A stretch of 60,283 nt of DNA, filler included, from Sluysia triapertura (Eukaryota), in assembly GCA_046118255.1 (NCBI GenBank). It is 4 parts of 4 records of this genome, joined end to end, with 100 filler letters (N's around TTAATTAATTAA, not from the genome) between each part and the next. Parts side by side here need not be neighbours in the genome. Positions count along the whole stretch, not along the records: positions 34,152 to 44,987 come from JBJNIA010192861.1; positions 45,088 to 60,283 come from JBJNIA010235227.1; 2 more parts are not named here. One strand, 5' to 3'. Shown in pieces: positions 40,924 to 53,100 of the stretch (the stretch's first letter is position 1; each line of letters starts with the position of its first letter). A model generated the notes under the pieces. That model saw nothing but the letters and a program-made list of their open reading frames with translations. It did not search any database and had not been told where the DNA came from. The translations under genes and the position numbers were made by a program.

Positions 40924-43583
40924 ATGAATGTTAAATTATGTATGAAATTATGCATTTGCATTTTTTATGTTCTTAACGTTCTTTATGAGGTCAACTCGTC
41001 AAAAAAAGTATGCTTTAAAAAATATTTTACTTTTCTTTCATAGTACAAGAAGTTATTAAAAGAAAATATTATGTTTTTTAAAAGTGCAACTCAATTTAAT
41101 ACACTAATTAAATTCAATGCCAGAGTGTTTCGAAAACACGTATTGCAATATCCTCGAAACTTTTCAATTTTAATTGAATTTACAATGCTTAATGAAAAAC
41201 GTCATTGTGCATATTGTGAGTAAGTAAATTTTAATATTTGTTTTTATCAAAATTGTTTAAAATGAATTTTTATTTTTATTGTTATTATAATTTGTTGTCC
41301 ATGTTAAAAACTAGTGATTCTCAAAATATGACCCAGAGGAAAAATAATGTCCGAAGTTACAGTTTTCATGAACTTAAAGTTATATTTATTGAAATGAGTT
41401 GAAATAGAGGAGTGGCTAAGCTCTTTGATAGTTCGAGCTATTTTTCAAAATTTGAAATTTTTCGCGAGACGCAATTAAATACGTATTAAAAAAGAATGCA
41501 AAAAAGGTATTAAAAATTTTTTTCGATGATTCATATCATTCTTAACTTAGACAGGAATGAAATTTGTTAAAACTTTGCACTTAGTCTTTCATATTTGTTG
41601 TCAGTAATTTAAAAGATATTTCGAAACGAAAATAATTTTTTAAAAGATAATAACAAAAATGAAAAGGGAACTCGGGTACATTTATCGAGATGGAGTTCCT
41701 CCACACTTTGACAATAAAGTTCCTGGAAAATGGATGGGTCGTCATGGTTCACACCATGCGACTTTTTTCTCTGGGGTTGATTGAAAAAGCAAGCCTACTC
41801 AACTAAACCAAGAAATTTGGAAAAACTTGAGGGGCGAATATGTGAATCTATGACTTTCATCAGAACTCATTAGCTTCATCTGATTCTACTGTTGCAATAA
41901 GTGATTCTAATGTTGATATGTGGGATAATTCAAATCATCGCATCGTTGCAATGAATGGGATTTACACATATCAAATAGTAACAAAAATGAAGCTTGCCAT
42001 GAAATTTATTCTAATGAAACTTATTTATTAGACAAAGAGACTCATCCTTACTGTTTCTGATCGAGAGAAAGGCAATAAATCGTAAACAATGTCAACTCAA
42101 ATCATACCTTTGCCAAGTAACTAGATGTCAAAAACATTATAATGATCCATGTTCCTTAAGAAAACATGTGCACGAGATATTAAAAAGAAAGTTGGAAGAA
42201 AGTTGATGTGAACCTCAAGTAATGTTACTTAGTCAGACATTGAGCCAATGCTCCTCAATTCTCAGATTCAAGATTCTATTAATAAAGATAGGAAACAAGT
42301 AAAAGATATAAAAGACCATAAAGTGCCGAAACGAAGTGCACCAAAGTCTCGAATAAGTGTAACACATGAGTGACGGAATTTAAGTTGATCAGATGTGATG
42401 CCGAATTTAGAATGGGCAATGCTTCTGAAATGTTAAATAGCACCAGAAAACTATCGCTAAATTATTTAAAACACGGTTTTATATATCTAAAGTTTTCTTA
42501 TAATAAAGCTTATGATTTAAATGTGTATGTGAGAATGGAATAACAATTTACAATTTATGTAGCCCTTATGGTAAACCTACACTCCCTTATATTAAATAAT
42601 AAAATCTTGCGCCAAGAAAGCTTAAAATAAATCTACAAAATATTGAACGAAACAAAAATTAGTTATAATAAAATTAAATATCAAATATCTGTATTTAGGT
42701 TAAAATAAACCTGAGTCGGAGGCAAGTGTTAAATAATGTATCATGAAAAATAGTTAATAGGTCAAAAGGTAAAATACACAGAGATGTTAATAGAACAGTT
42801 CATTGTTTGACAATAAATTCTATAAACGATGAAATAGAAAAATTTAACACCTATAATAATAAGGCTTATATGTAAATATTTACAAGACCTCTCTTACAAC
42901 CTGACAATACTACAAATATAAGGTATTTTCACGATGCCTTCATAATATTGTTAGTTTGTCATCACAACTCTCTAAAGTATGTAAAACAATAAAAACTCTA
43001 AAATCATTTAAAGAATCTTTTAAAGCTTCTAAATCGCTAAAAAAATTTATTTTTCCAAAAACAGTAAAATTCCGAAAAAGGAAAATTGGCTTCTAAAAAT
43101 CGAATAGAAGCTCTAGAACATTCTAGAACATTCTAAAACATTCTAGAACACTCCATCAATTAATATTGCTGATGACTGGTACATAAACTAGCATCAGTTC
43201 AATTTAATACATAATTTTATATACAATTTTATGATGCCCTCTTGTTTTTTAATTGCAATTTCTTGGTGATTCGGGTTATTTGGTTCTAATTTCAATCGGA
43301 TATTGCGGAAATTAATTTATCAAGGATTATTTGTTTGATTTCAGTAATTTTTACTATTTTAAGGGATTTCAATCATTACGATTGGAATCGTAAAATCCAC
43401 GTAAAATATTTAAGAACTTTTCAATACCCTGATCTAATTAGGGGAACTTTTGTAATCTAAAATAGAATAGAAAAAAACTATCAAAGATCAATACGATTTT
43501 GATCATAAAATCATTAATTCTTTTTATTTTATTATTCCATTTTTCAACATCTTAGTTACATCCATTTGTCATTAATTTTTTTA

Positions 43584-43618
<35 letters not shown>

Positions 43619-44663
43619 CTGAGCTGTTATTTAGTGAAAGAATTTAATAAATTTAAATTTAGTGAATTAGATTGATTGATAGTAAAAATAATCAAGTTAG
43701 TTAACGAGTTTTATTTTAAGTTAAAACTTAAGTTATCTTAAGTTAACATTAAGACCAGCTTAGTGTTAGTTACGACATAAGATGTTTACTGTAACCGAAC
43801 CCTGCTCAATTTTTATTTTGCTATAGGTTTAGATTTAAGAAAACCACAGCAATATATACTCGAGCCATCCTACCTTCAAACTTATTTTCTGATAAATATA
43901 TAATTAAAACTCATGGTAGTTCAATAATTACCACTCTATTCATCTATGCTTTAAATCATATATATCCATAAATATTCAAACATACTAAACATATTACTAT
44001 ATTTATATCTGTCTTAGTGTTAATTCATGTTTTTGCGCTTGCATTTCTGCTGCTTCTTTCTTGACGAATGACGTGTTATTCCTATTTTTCTTTTATTATT
44101 TTATGAGTTTATTTTTGAAATGTTTTTTTTCTATATTCAAATTTCTCAGATTTTTAAGTTTATTAAGATTTTTGAGTATTTTGTGTAATTTATTTAAAAA
44201 TTAATTTATTTCATTAAACATTTATTATAAAATTAAAAGTTAAATTTATTTTCCCTAAATATTTATATCTTTACATTTGTGTTAATATTTCTATACAAAA
44301 TTAGACACTGGAAATAAAGTATTTTTAATAATGTCTTCATTAACATAATTGTGCAAATTTGTAGAAAATATTTTTATTTAGATTAATTTTTCCGCACAAA
44401 TATATAAATGATAATAATTTATGCAGTGCAATAATTTAACTTATATATTCTCATTGGTAATGATTATAATTAATTGTAATTATAATTGACAATTATATTT
44501 GACGTTATATTTGATGTTTATGTATATTAAACAAAATATATTTTTATTAAGGCACGTACATAAGGAATTTACTATTTTAGCAGAAAATAATCACTTAAAT
44601 ACTAAAAGTGAATTATACATGGGTTATCTTGATTACAGCAATGAAGACAATATTGTTTTTGAA
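40924..44663 (+). CDS. TUSC3/MAGT1-like (OST3/OST6 family) oligosaccharyltransferase subunit, exons 1-3 (40924-41007, 41044-41219, 44552-44663); remainder not found
   Basis: Signal-peptide-like MNVKLCMKLCICIFYVLNVLYEVNSSKK|YKKLLKENI...LIKFNARVFRKHVLQYPRNFSILIEFTMLNEKRHCAYCE|HVHKEFTILA...LYMGYLDYSNEDNIVFE parallels the family pattern VIRMNGDKFR..VKAPPRNYS.IVMFTAL...RQC..C.QA.EE.QILA...FF..VD.DEG.DVFQ; phases 0,2,0. Confidence 0.85.
41044..41219 (+). CDS. TUSC3/MAGT1-like exon 2 (thioredoxin-like fold, CxxC = CAYC)
   Basis: tttcatag|TAC ... TGT GA|gtaagt; not in ORF track. Confidence 0.88.
41689..41842 (+). mobile_element. Tc1/mariner-superfamily transposase fragment
   Basis: DGVPPHF..VPGKWMGRHG..TPCDFFLWG*LKKQAYSTKPRNLEKLEGRI, with internal deletions. 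Confidence 0.85.
43111..43200 (+). promoter_or_regulatory. Heat-shock-element-like array (10-bp period) plus hairpin, repeat-borne
   Basis: GAAcaTTCtaGAAcaTTCtaAAAcaTTCtaGAA, then ctgatgactggt-acataa-actagcatcag; related inverted copy at about 13040-13112. Confidence 0.45.
44552..44663 (+). CDS. TUSC3/MAGT1-like exon 3
   Basis: ttattaag|G CAC ... GAA|gtaatt; inside ORF 44499..44708. Confidence 0.82.
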
Positions 44664-44909
44664 GTAATTGAATTATTAATTTTTATAGTTTCAATATTTT
44701 TATATTAACACTTAAATGTCCGCATATTTATTTTGCCTCTGCGCGTAAACATCCGGCAATATTTAAAGAAAAGTCAGTGTAAATTCGTTTAGTAATATGT
44801 AGGCATAATAAGGGTATCATGTTACAGAGTGCAAAAATGTATGATCGGCGGTTTGGCAACAGTAATATCAGAATAACTTATACAAATTAAGAAATTAATT
44901 TAACAGTAA

Positions 44910-44937
44910 AATAATAATAATAATAATAATAATAATG

Positions 44938-44985
<48 letters not shown>
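44910..44985. repeat. (AAT)n microsatellite at a contig end
   Basis: Direct reading. Confidence 0.95.
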
Positions 44986-44986
<1 letters not shown>

Positions 44987-44987
44987 A

Positions 44988-45087
44988 NNNNNNNNNNNNN
45001 NNNNNNNNNNNNNNNNNNNNNNNNNNNNNNNTTAATTAATTAANNNNNNNNNNNNNNNNNNNNNNNNNNNNNNNNNNNNNNNNNNNN
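44988..45087. other. Assembly spacer (44 N + TTAATTAATTAA + 44 N)
   Basis: Direct reading. Confidence 0.98.
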
Positions 45088-46384
45088 CAAAGTTCAAACA
45101 TAAATATCTATTGAAAAGTTACGAAAAAGTTTATAAAAAGTTAGTAGTTGTGTAAGAGAAAAAAACGCCATTGATGCCATATGGGTTAATAAATTTTAAT
45201 ATTTGAAAATTTTAAAGTTTCAAATATGTTAAATAAAATTTGTTTAAGTAGATATTCAAATAAGAAGTAAGATGGAGTCTTAAAAATTAGTATACATTTA
45301 GAAAAATTTAGAAAGAAAATTAGAACAAGTTTTAGAGGAATAAATTTTTATTATTAGAAGAAGAAATTTTTATAACAAATTTTTGGAACGTCATTGTGAA
45401 GAAATTTTTAACATTTTGTTAAAATTTCACCATATAGGGAAATTAAAAATTAATTTTTATAAATTTTTATACCAGATCTTAAAAAGGCTCGTGAGATATA
45501 AAACTAAAATTAAATACCACGTCAAGGAATTGAACGTGAAGTTTAAAGTATTTATATATATTATACATTAAGGTTGTAGTTTACTTTTAATCGGGTCTTT
45601 TGTAATAGAAGTTAGCACCACGTTGTTATTTTTAGTTTTCAAGTTATAAAATATTTGTTAAAGAACTAGACCTTAAAACGGATAGTGTAACATTGTAAAA
45701 TCACTTCATTATTTTCAAGACTAGACCTTACAAGGCTAGTGTGATTTAAAATATTTTGTATACTAGACAATAAAAAGCTAGTGAAATATAAACTAAACAT
45801 GCAGAAACGAAATTGAGAGTAAATTAGTAAAGTAAAATCAACTTCACGTGACTCAGTATTTTCAACTTAAGCAAACTATCTTAATAGCACGTCTTTAGCA
45901 TCGATATAAACCGTGTATATTATTATTATTATTTTGTAAGTGTAATTTTTTAATTCTAAGTATTTTTAGCATACAACATTTGCAATATCAAGAATTAAAC
46001 GTAAACATCGGTTTCTGTAGTAAATATGGCATTTTCTTTACCTTTAATTTCTATTTTAATAACATATGAAGCTTGATAAATACAATAATAATGCAACGTC
46101 ACTAACACTTGAATATACATTTGAATAGATTAATGTGATTGATAACTCATTATCTTATTTATTTATGTATTAATTTACTAACACTTGAATATTATTTAAT
46201 TTCATTCACAAATATTGATTTTAAGTTTTATTTTGTAAATTCTATGATCAATTTTATATAAATTTTGTTTTACGGAACTTTAATTTTTGAATCAATTCAA
46301 TGTAAGAATTTTTATTTATTTTATTTAATTAATTAATTTTTATTTTAATAATTTTATTTTATTAATTTTATTTTTAAAATTATG

Positions 46385-46860
46385 AATAAATAGACTAACG
46401 TCGCTATTTTTAATTTTAATATTTAAGTTTTGTTTTGTTTTGACCAAAGTCAGACTAAAACAAGTATATAAATGCTCACACTTTTAACGATAAACACACA
46501 AAAATTTTTTACAATATTTTTAAGACAAAATTTTACACAAAAAATTTGGATCAAGATAAAATATAGATATTCTTAAAGACAGTTCTAAGAAAATTTTAAC
46601 TACGTTAGTTTAGTAATTTTAAGGCTGATATAAATCTTTATATCATAAAATCTGTAATTATAATTTGGATCTTTAGTAAAATCTTTTCTAAATTTTAACT
46701 GAGAATAACTAACTAACGATAGTTAGTTAAGGTAAATTTTTATTGTTATTATTGTTAACCTTATTTGTGTAATTTTATATTTTGTAGTTAAATAATAAAA
46801 GAATTTTCTCGTTACAATTTTTAATAACTTACATAGTCACAAAATCAATTAAAATCCTAC
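46385..46860 (-). repeat. Dispersed repeat family B, inverted copy
   Basis: Reverse complement aligns with 24560-25075. Confidence 0.72.
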
Positions 46861-47924
46861 ACTTTTACAGCTTTCAAGAAACTAGAATTTAATTCTAGAA
46901 GGTAAATTTCTATTTTTTGATTCAATATAAAGGAATTGTACGAAAATACATAATTAAACATGATTTATCTAATATTATAATTTGAATTAAAATCTTTTGA
47001 AAGAATATTCACCTCTAGATAAAAAGGTATTCTAGAAAACTTACTTCTCTTTTAAATTTATCTTATAAAAATCCAACGGCCGGCCCTAGCAGGTAAGTTC
47101 AGTACATATTTGACTTCTTTTATTCTATTTGCTTCACTTTTCTCGCAATAATTTGTTGGTTTTGAAATATATTAATATAAAATTTCACAATTTTTCAATA
47201 ATTAAATACATTTCCAAACCCAAATGCCAATTTCTTAATCTTTAATTGAAAATTATAAATGAATTTAATTTTGAAAATTTTATCTACTTTTATTTGTCAG
47301 TAAATTGGCTAATATTATTTTAAAATGAATTTTACTGTAAAATATATAATCCATTGAATATTAATGAATTAATAATAGAATTATTTCTATTAATAACTTT
47401 TTTATACTACTCTTGTTAAAATAAAAAACAATAATATATTAAATTTTATAGCACCATATAATCATCTTTAATAACTTGTTTTTATGAAGACGATCATTAT
47501 ACACTCTCCATTTGGACTAACAATATTCAATTTAATTAAAATTGGTTATATAAATGTTCCAAATAGAATGAAATCTTAAAAACGTAACCAGATTAAGCAA
47601 TTATATATTTTTTAATATTTAATTAAATTTAAATTTGATATTCATTAAATTAATAATGAATAATGAAAGTTTTGCATTATTTTCAATACCAGTAATTAAT
47701 TTTATATTTTGAGTTATATAAACTTATTATTTAGAAAGTTTAACTTTTAAGTTATGTTATTTTTTATACTTTTTCATAATTTTCACTTTATATTGTTTTG
47801 TTAAAAGGTGTAGATATTAATGAAAGAAAATATCAAATATACGAAAATTTATTAAAAAATTTATTAAACATATATTATTCCTTGTTATGATATATTGTAC
47901 TCAATTTCAGATAGAAAAGGTGAG

Positions 47925-48115
47925 AAAATTACAATTAATAATTAATCAAGCAGCAAGACTAATTTTCTAAGTCGAAGAAGATCTCAAAGAAAATTCATTG
48001 GTTTCCAGTAAAAGTAAGAGTAGAATTCAAAATCATGATAATAATTTACAAATGCTTACATTACGGAAGTTCCGGATATCTTTTAGAAATAATACGAAAA
48101 TTGGAAACCAATATG
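47925..48115 (+). mobile_element. L2/CR1-type LINE ORF2 C-terminal relic
   Basis: KLQLIINQAARLIF...IHWFPVKVRVEFKIMIIIYKCLHYGSSGYLLEI matches LQ..QN.AAR...LHWLPV..RI.FK...YK.L.G.AP.YL. Confidence 0.85.
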
Positions 48116-50128
48116 AATATTTCATTGAGGCATGATCCACAGTGATAACAAAATAGGTGATACGTTATGTACCATTTATATTTCAAAAATATACAACCAG
48201 AAACCAGAAAATGTCAAATTGCTGGAAGATTCTGAAATATTTAAGAAAAAGGGAAAATTCTTTCTAAATCAGAAAAATTATGGTGAATGATTTATTTTAA
48301 GAACTTATGAGTACCTATTTTGTAGTAGTAGATATGAGTGCAATATAAATTAATATATTATTATTACATAGAGAGATATACACAACACAAAAAAGGAAGA
48401 AAATAATAATAATAATAATTATTATTATTATTGTTTCAAATTATACAATATTTGATCACTATATAAAATTTTCAAAATTAAAATTATCCAACCACTGAAG
48501 TCAAACTCAAATCATATTTAGGTAATTTATTAATTCAAATTAATGTTAAAAGTACTTTTAATTCGTTTGAATATTCGAGGTAAATGTGCTAAATGTATAA
48601 AATTTGAATGTTTCACAGTTTAAATTAACCACTATCAAAGAAATTACTTTCCTAATGAAACAAGACCGTGTGTGATTTAATTTTATTTAATTATTCAGCA
48701 TAATTTAAAATTTCCAATACTAAAAATACAATTGTTCTGTGATACGATAATAATAATAATAATAATAAGTAATTGTACATATGACTATAATACCTATGAC
48801 TACAATCTTATTTTTCTTATAAAATTCTTCTTCAAAAATAATTGTAATGGCAAAATTCTTTTCTTCTATTAATAGTAATGACAGTTATATTAATATTTTA
48901 CTATTTTTGTTGTTGTTTTTTGTACTTAGTTGAATAGTTTTTTTCAGATTTGTGCTATAGCTAATAAATTTTTGAATTTTATTTTATAATATCTCTTCTA
49001 AAAAGCCACCATTTTACTACATTGTTATGTATACTGATAACATTCTATTCTTTATATATATGGCCTACTTTTTCCGCATAAATGCTTGTTTGTGTTCATT
49101 ATTCATTGTCTTTCTTATTAAAGTGTAGTCTCATTTAATATTCTTATTTAATTTAACTTTCCTTATTTCCAGATATTCTATTCAATTTTCATAAAAATTA
49201 TTCAAGTTTTATATTTATTTTCAAAATTGTTTTATTATATAATATTATAATAAATAATGATAAGTATAGATAACAAAAAATAATCAATAAATATTAATTT
49301 TCTTATTGAGCAGCCTAATTAAAAATTAATTATTTTCCTTGAATTTATTTTTGAAACTTTTCTGTCTGCATGTTAATTTTAGTTCGTAATTTTATTTTTG
49401 CAATGTTAAGAAAAAATTTGTTTTAACTTTTTTTTATTTAGTAATATGACTTTAAAATGACCGACCTTTTGATAAAAGTTTGTCAAATAGAACTATAAAT
49501 ATTCGATTTATAACCGAATGTTTGATTACTAATTTGGTTTACAAAAACATCCCTTTTTCAAAAAGGTTTACTTTAAGAATAATTTTATAAATAAATTCAT
49601 TTTTATTTCTTTAATTATAATGTTAAACTAAAATACCGAATCAAGTAGGAATATAATTTGACGTTTTTTAATTTTGTCACGCCTTAAATTCAAAAATATA
49701 ATGCTAATATATAATTAATTTTTCGATGCTTTTAGAAAAGCAATAATTATCATGAAATAATCAATTACTGAGTTATCATTTATTATCAGTTTGTAAAGTT
49801 ATTCCATACTTCATAAATTGGAATAAAAATTTAAATATATTTTTGAAGATATACATAGTTTAAATTTTGACTATTTATCATATAAACAAAATTAATTTAA
49901 ATCAGACTACTAATAAAAGTACATTTTTATGCTACAGCTTAAAAATTAATATTTTTAATAATAAAATCAATGTTCGTATATTAAGTGCTTCGTTGAATTT
50001 AATTATACTAATTTTGTAGTTTAAAAGTTTGCATTTAATATTAAACTAAATGTGCAAATGTTTTAATTTCGATTTATATTATAAAATTCCTTTTATTTCA
50101 ATTGCTTTATTGTTATTTTTGATAACAG

Positions 50129-53100
50129 AATGTATGAAGAAAACAACATCAACCAAAGATGTTCCAACAATTTCTATTATCAGCCAGACCATGCGTGCAA
50201 CACCTTATTTCGATACTGAAATTTTAACTCAACCTCATATTCCTACAAATCAACTTGCAATTTCTCTTCAACAAAGAGCACTAATTCTGCAACCACATTA
50301 TTCGAATCCAGCTCACTCTTATTTGTCTCTATACCAAACTCTGTACAAAATCACTCTCAAGCACAATCTTTAGTGAGCAGTGGAACAACATCGATGTGGC
50401 AAGGTGCTACAAGTGGAGAAACATTACCAGTTGACGACAATGGTATTATTCAAATACAAGATCCATTTGCTCAAAGCTCTGAAAATGAATCACCGAAATT
50501 TAATTTCAAAAAGCCGAAACCATTTCGAACTAGAGTTTCATCGAACAGTTTACAGAATAGCAATGACGATGATTATGACAATGATTCAAATAAAAAATCT
50601 CTAAGGTAATAATAATAATGTTGTGAAACCGAAATCTAAATATATAAATATCAAATTCCTTTAAAATTGAAATTTTTTGCGCACATTGAATTACATTTAT
50701 TTTAACCATCGTAAGAAAATATAATGGTCACTTTACCGGACAATTCCGGTTACTAAATTGTGTATTTTTTAAATGTACCATAATCATACATATGGTACAG
50801 CGTGATTTTGTTGATTATTTGATGCACAAACAATTATGCGTAGAAAGTTTAACCTAATTTTAACATTTCCATTATTATAAAAATTTGTAGAATTTAAGCT
50901 GTTAATAAAATTATCTATTTTTGTATGAAACAACGAAGAAGTGGCTAGTCTTATCATAATCTATATCTAAATATCCAAAAGACGTTATTTTTAATTTTTG
51001 TTTTCTGTTACCGATTTATAAATAGTTAATTTCATTTAAGCTTAATAATTTTTTACAATCTTTATAGAATGTACTTTTAGGATTGGTTTTACTAGGTTTT
51101 GCGGTGATATAAATTCATAATATATTCATATTTTAAATAATAAGTAAATTAAAATTATCAAAAAATATAATTACCATATTTCTGAAATCATGACAAATAT
51201 TAAGTTGTCATTTATTATAAGAATTGATTTTTTGTACTTATTTATTTAATTATTATTGTATTGAACAATATTTCGAATCCAGAAGACAAAATATATTATA
51301 TGTTCATCAATTTTACCTATAATATTGTATTAGATGAAAATTGTGATGTTTGTTTAATTCATGATATAATTCAAAGGATATTTGCTTAAATATGTTTCAG
51401 TTCACAAAAACCTCGCAATTCTAAAAATCAGTTGCCACAAAAGTTAGAGGATGATTTACGAAATCTAGATGAACAGTTAGCGTTGGTTCAATTAGAAGAA
51501 CAAGGAATAGCTGCAGCAAAAACGAGAAGCTCATCCAGTGGCAGCATGTTAAATGGTAATGTTAACTATAGTCGTCAGAAACAATATAATCAAAGCAGTG
51601 ATTTGAGTGGTTCCAGACGTACACGTTCTTTACTAGGAACGTCACCTAATAATGCCAGTAATTTATCAAAAAGTAGTCATGTAACTGATGAGAAACATCA
51701 AAGTTCTCATCGAGATAGTGGTCTTAGTCGACAGTTAGTTTTTTTAGTTTAACAAACTTGTATTAATTCTTAAATATTGAACCTATTGAAACTTGTGTAA
51801 CCTATATCTCCAGAACATTCTGATGAATGATTTCAAAAAATGATACTGTTGCTAAGTCTAAAATTAGCAAATTTAGACAATAAAAAATATTTTGTGAGGC
51901 TTTTCCTCTAGGAATTTTGGAATAAAGAAAAATTTAAAAATACACATTTATATATTACTATTATAGGGGTCTTTTATTTTAATGTTTACTTTTCTTATCA
52001 ATTAAGCCTATACAATCTTTAATAATAATTGATTGGTTAAATATTATATATATACGATCTATTTATTTTAATCCTGTGTACATTGAAGCAGTTGGGAAAA
52101 TTTTACAAAGATGTTTTCAAGTGGATATTAAACGGACGAAAATTTTTCAAATATTAAACTTATTCTTAGTAATAAAATCAATATTTATTTTGTCAGGATC
52201 TAATTTTTTCTGAAGGTAGTCGATTTAATCAATTTTTAGTTCCTGAAAATGAATCCTGTCAATCCTAATTTTGTTATCCGCACTTAGTTTCGTTATTTTT
52301 TTTAATTATGAAATTTAATTGTCTTTAATTGATTAAAACAATATTAGAATAATTTGGTTTATTATCAAATTACTATTAATAGTTCTAATAATATAACGTA
52401 ATATTATATTGTTTGTCATTAATAATTAAATAATTGTATGATGTTATAACCTTATTATTAAAATGCTAAAACATTGTGTTAAAATGTTACAATAAATGAT
52501 TATAATATAATATTTAATAAATGTAGCAATGAAATGTTAACACGAAGTATTGACACTAACTACGTAACTAATAACATAACATCGTGAACTGCTATTACTA
52601 TTGTATTAAAATATCAATTAAAAACAAATATTTTCTTTACGAAGACCCATCCCTAATCCATCTAGGGTTGAAAGTTAACTTGCATTGCATATTTTAATTG
52701 TTGAGATGGATGATAATTGTAACTGCTGCCTAATATTCATATTGATACACAATATTCTACAATAAATACTTTGTAATTTTTGCAGATCATCTTTTAAAAG
52801 TAGTCCTGCTTCAAATCCAGATAAATGTTCCAATTTTCATTCAAGAAAAACTCGTAAAAAACACCGACCAAAAGTACCACCTCGAAAAGATGAATTTTCG
52901 TCAACAAATTCGGAAAGTAATTCTTATTCTGATTCTGAAGACAATTCAATAAAAGATATTAATGAATATATTGAACAAGCTAGCTCAGGTACAGGACCTC
53001 GTACTAAATATAGTCAAATGAAGGGTCCTAACTATGTAGACAGGTGGAGTCAAACACCAATGAGAAACTGTTATTATCACAAACATGACAAGAGAATGGT

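Noticed and set aside
45664-45787. CRISPR-like repeat-spacer pattern
   Set aside because: Only three degenerate units, uneven spacers, eukaryotic context and no cas genes
47451-49030. Possible TUSC3-like downstream exons (47451ff; KPPF near 49003)
   Set aside because: Frames contain stops and similarity is too weak to support
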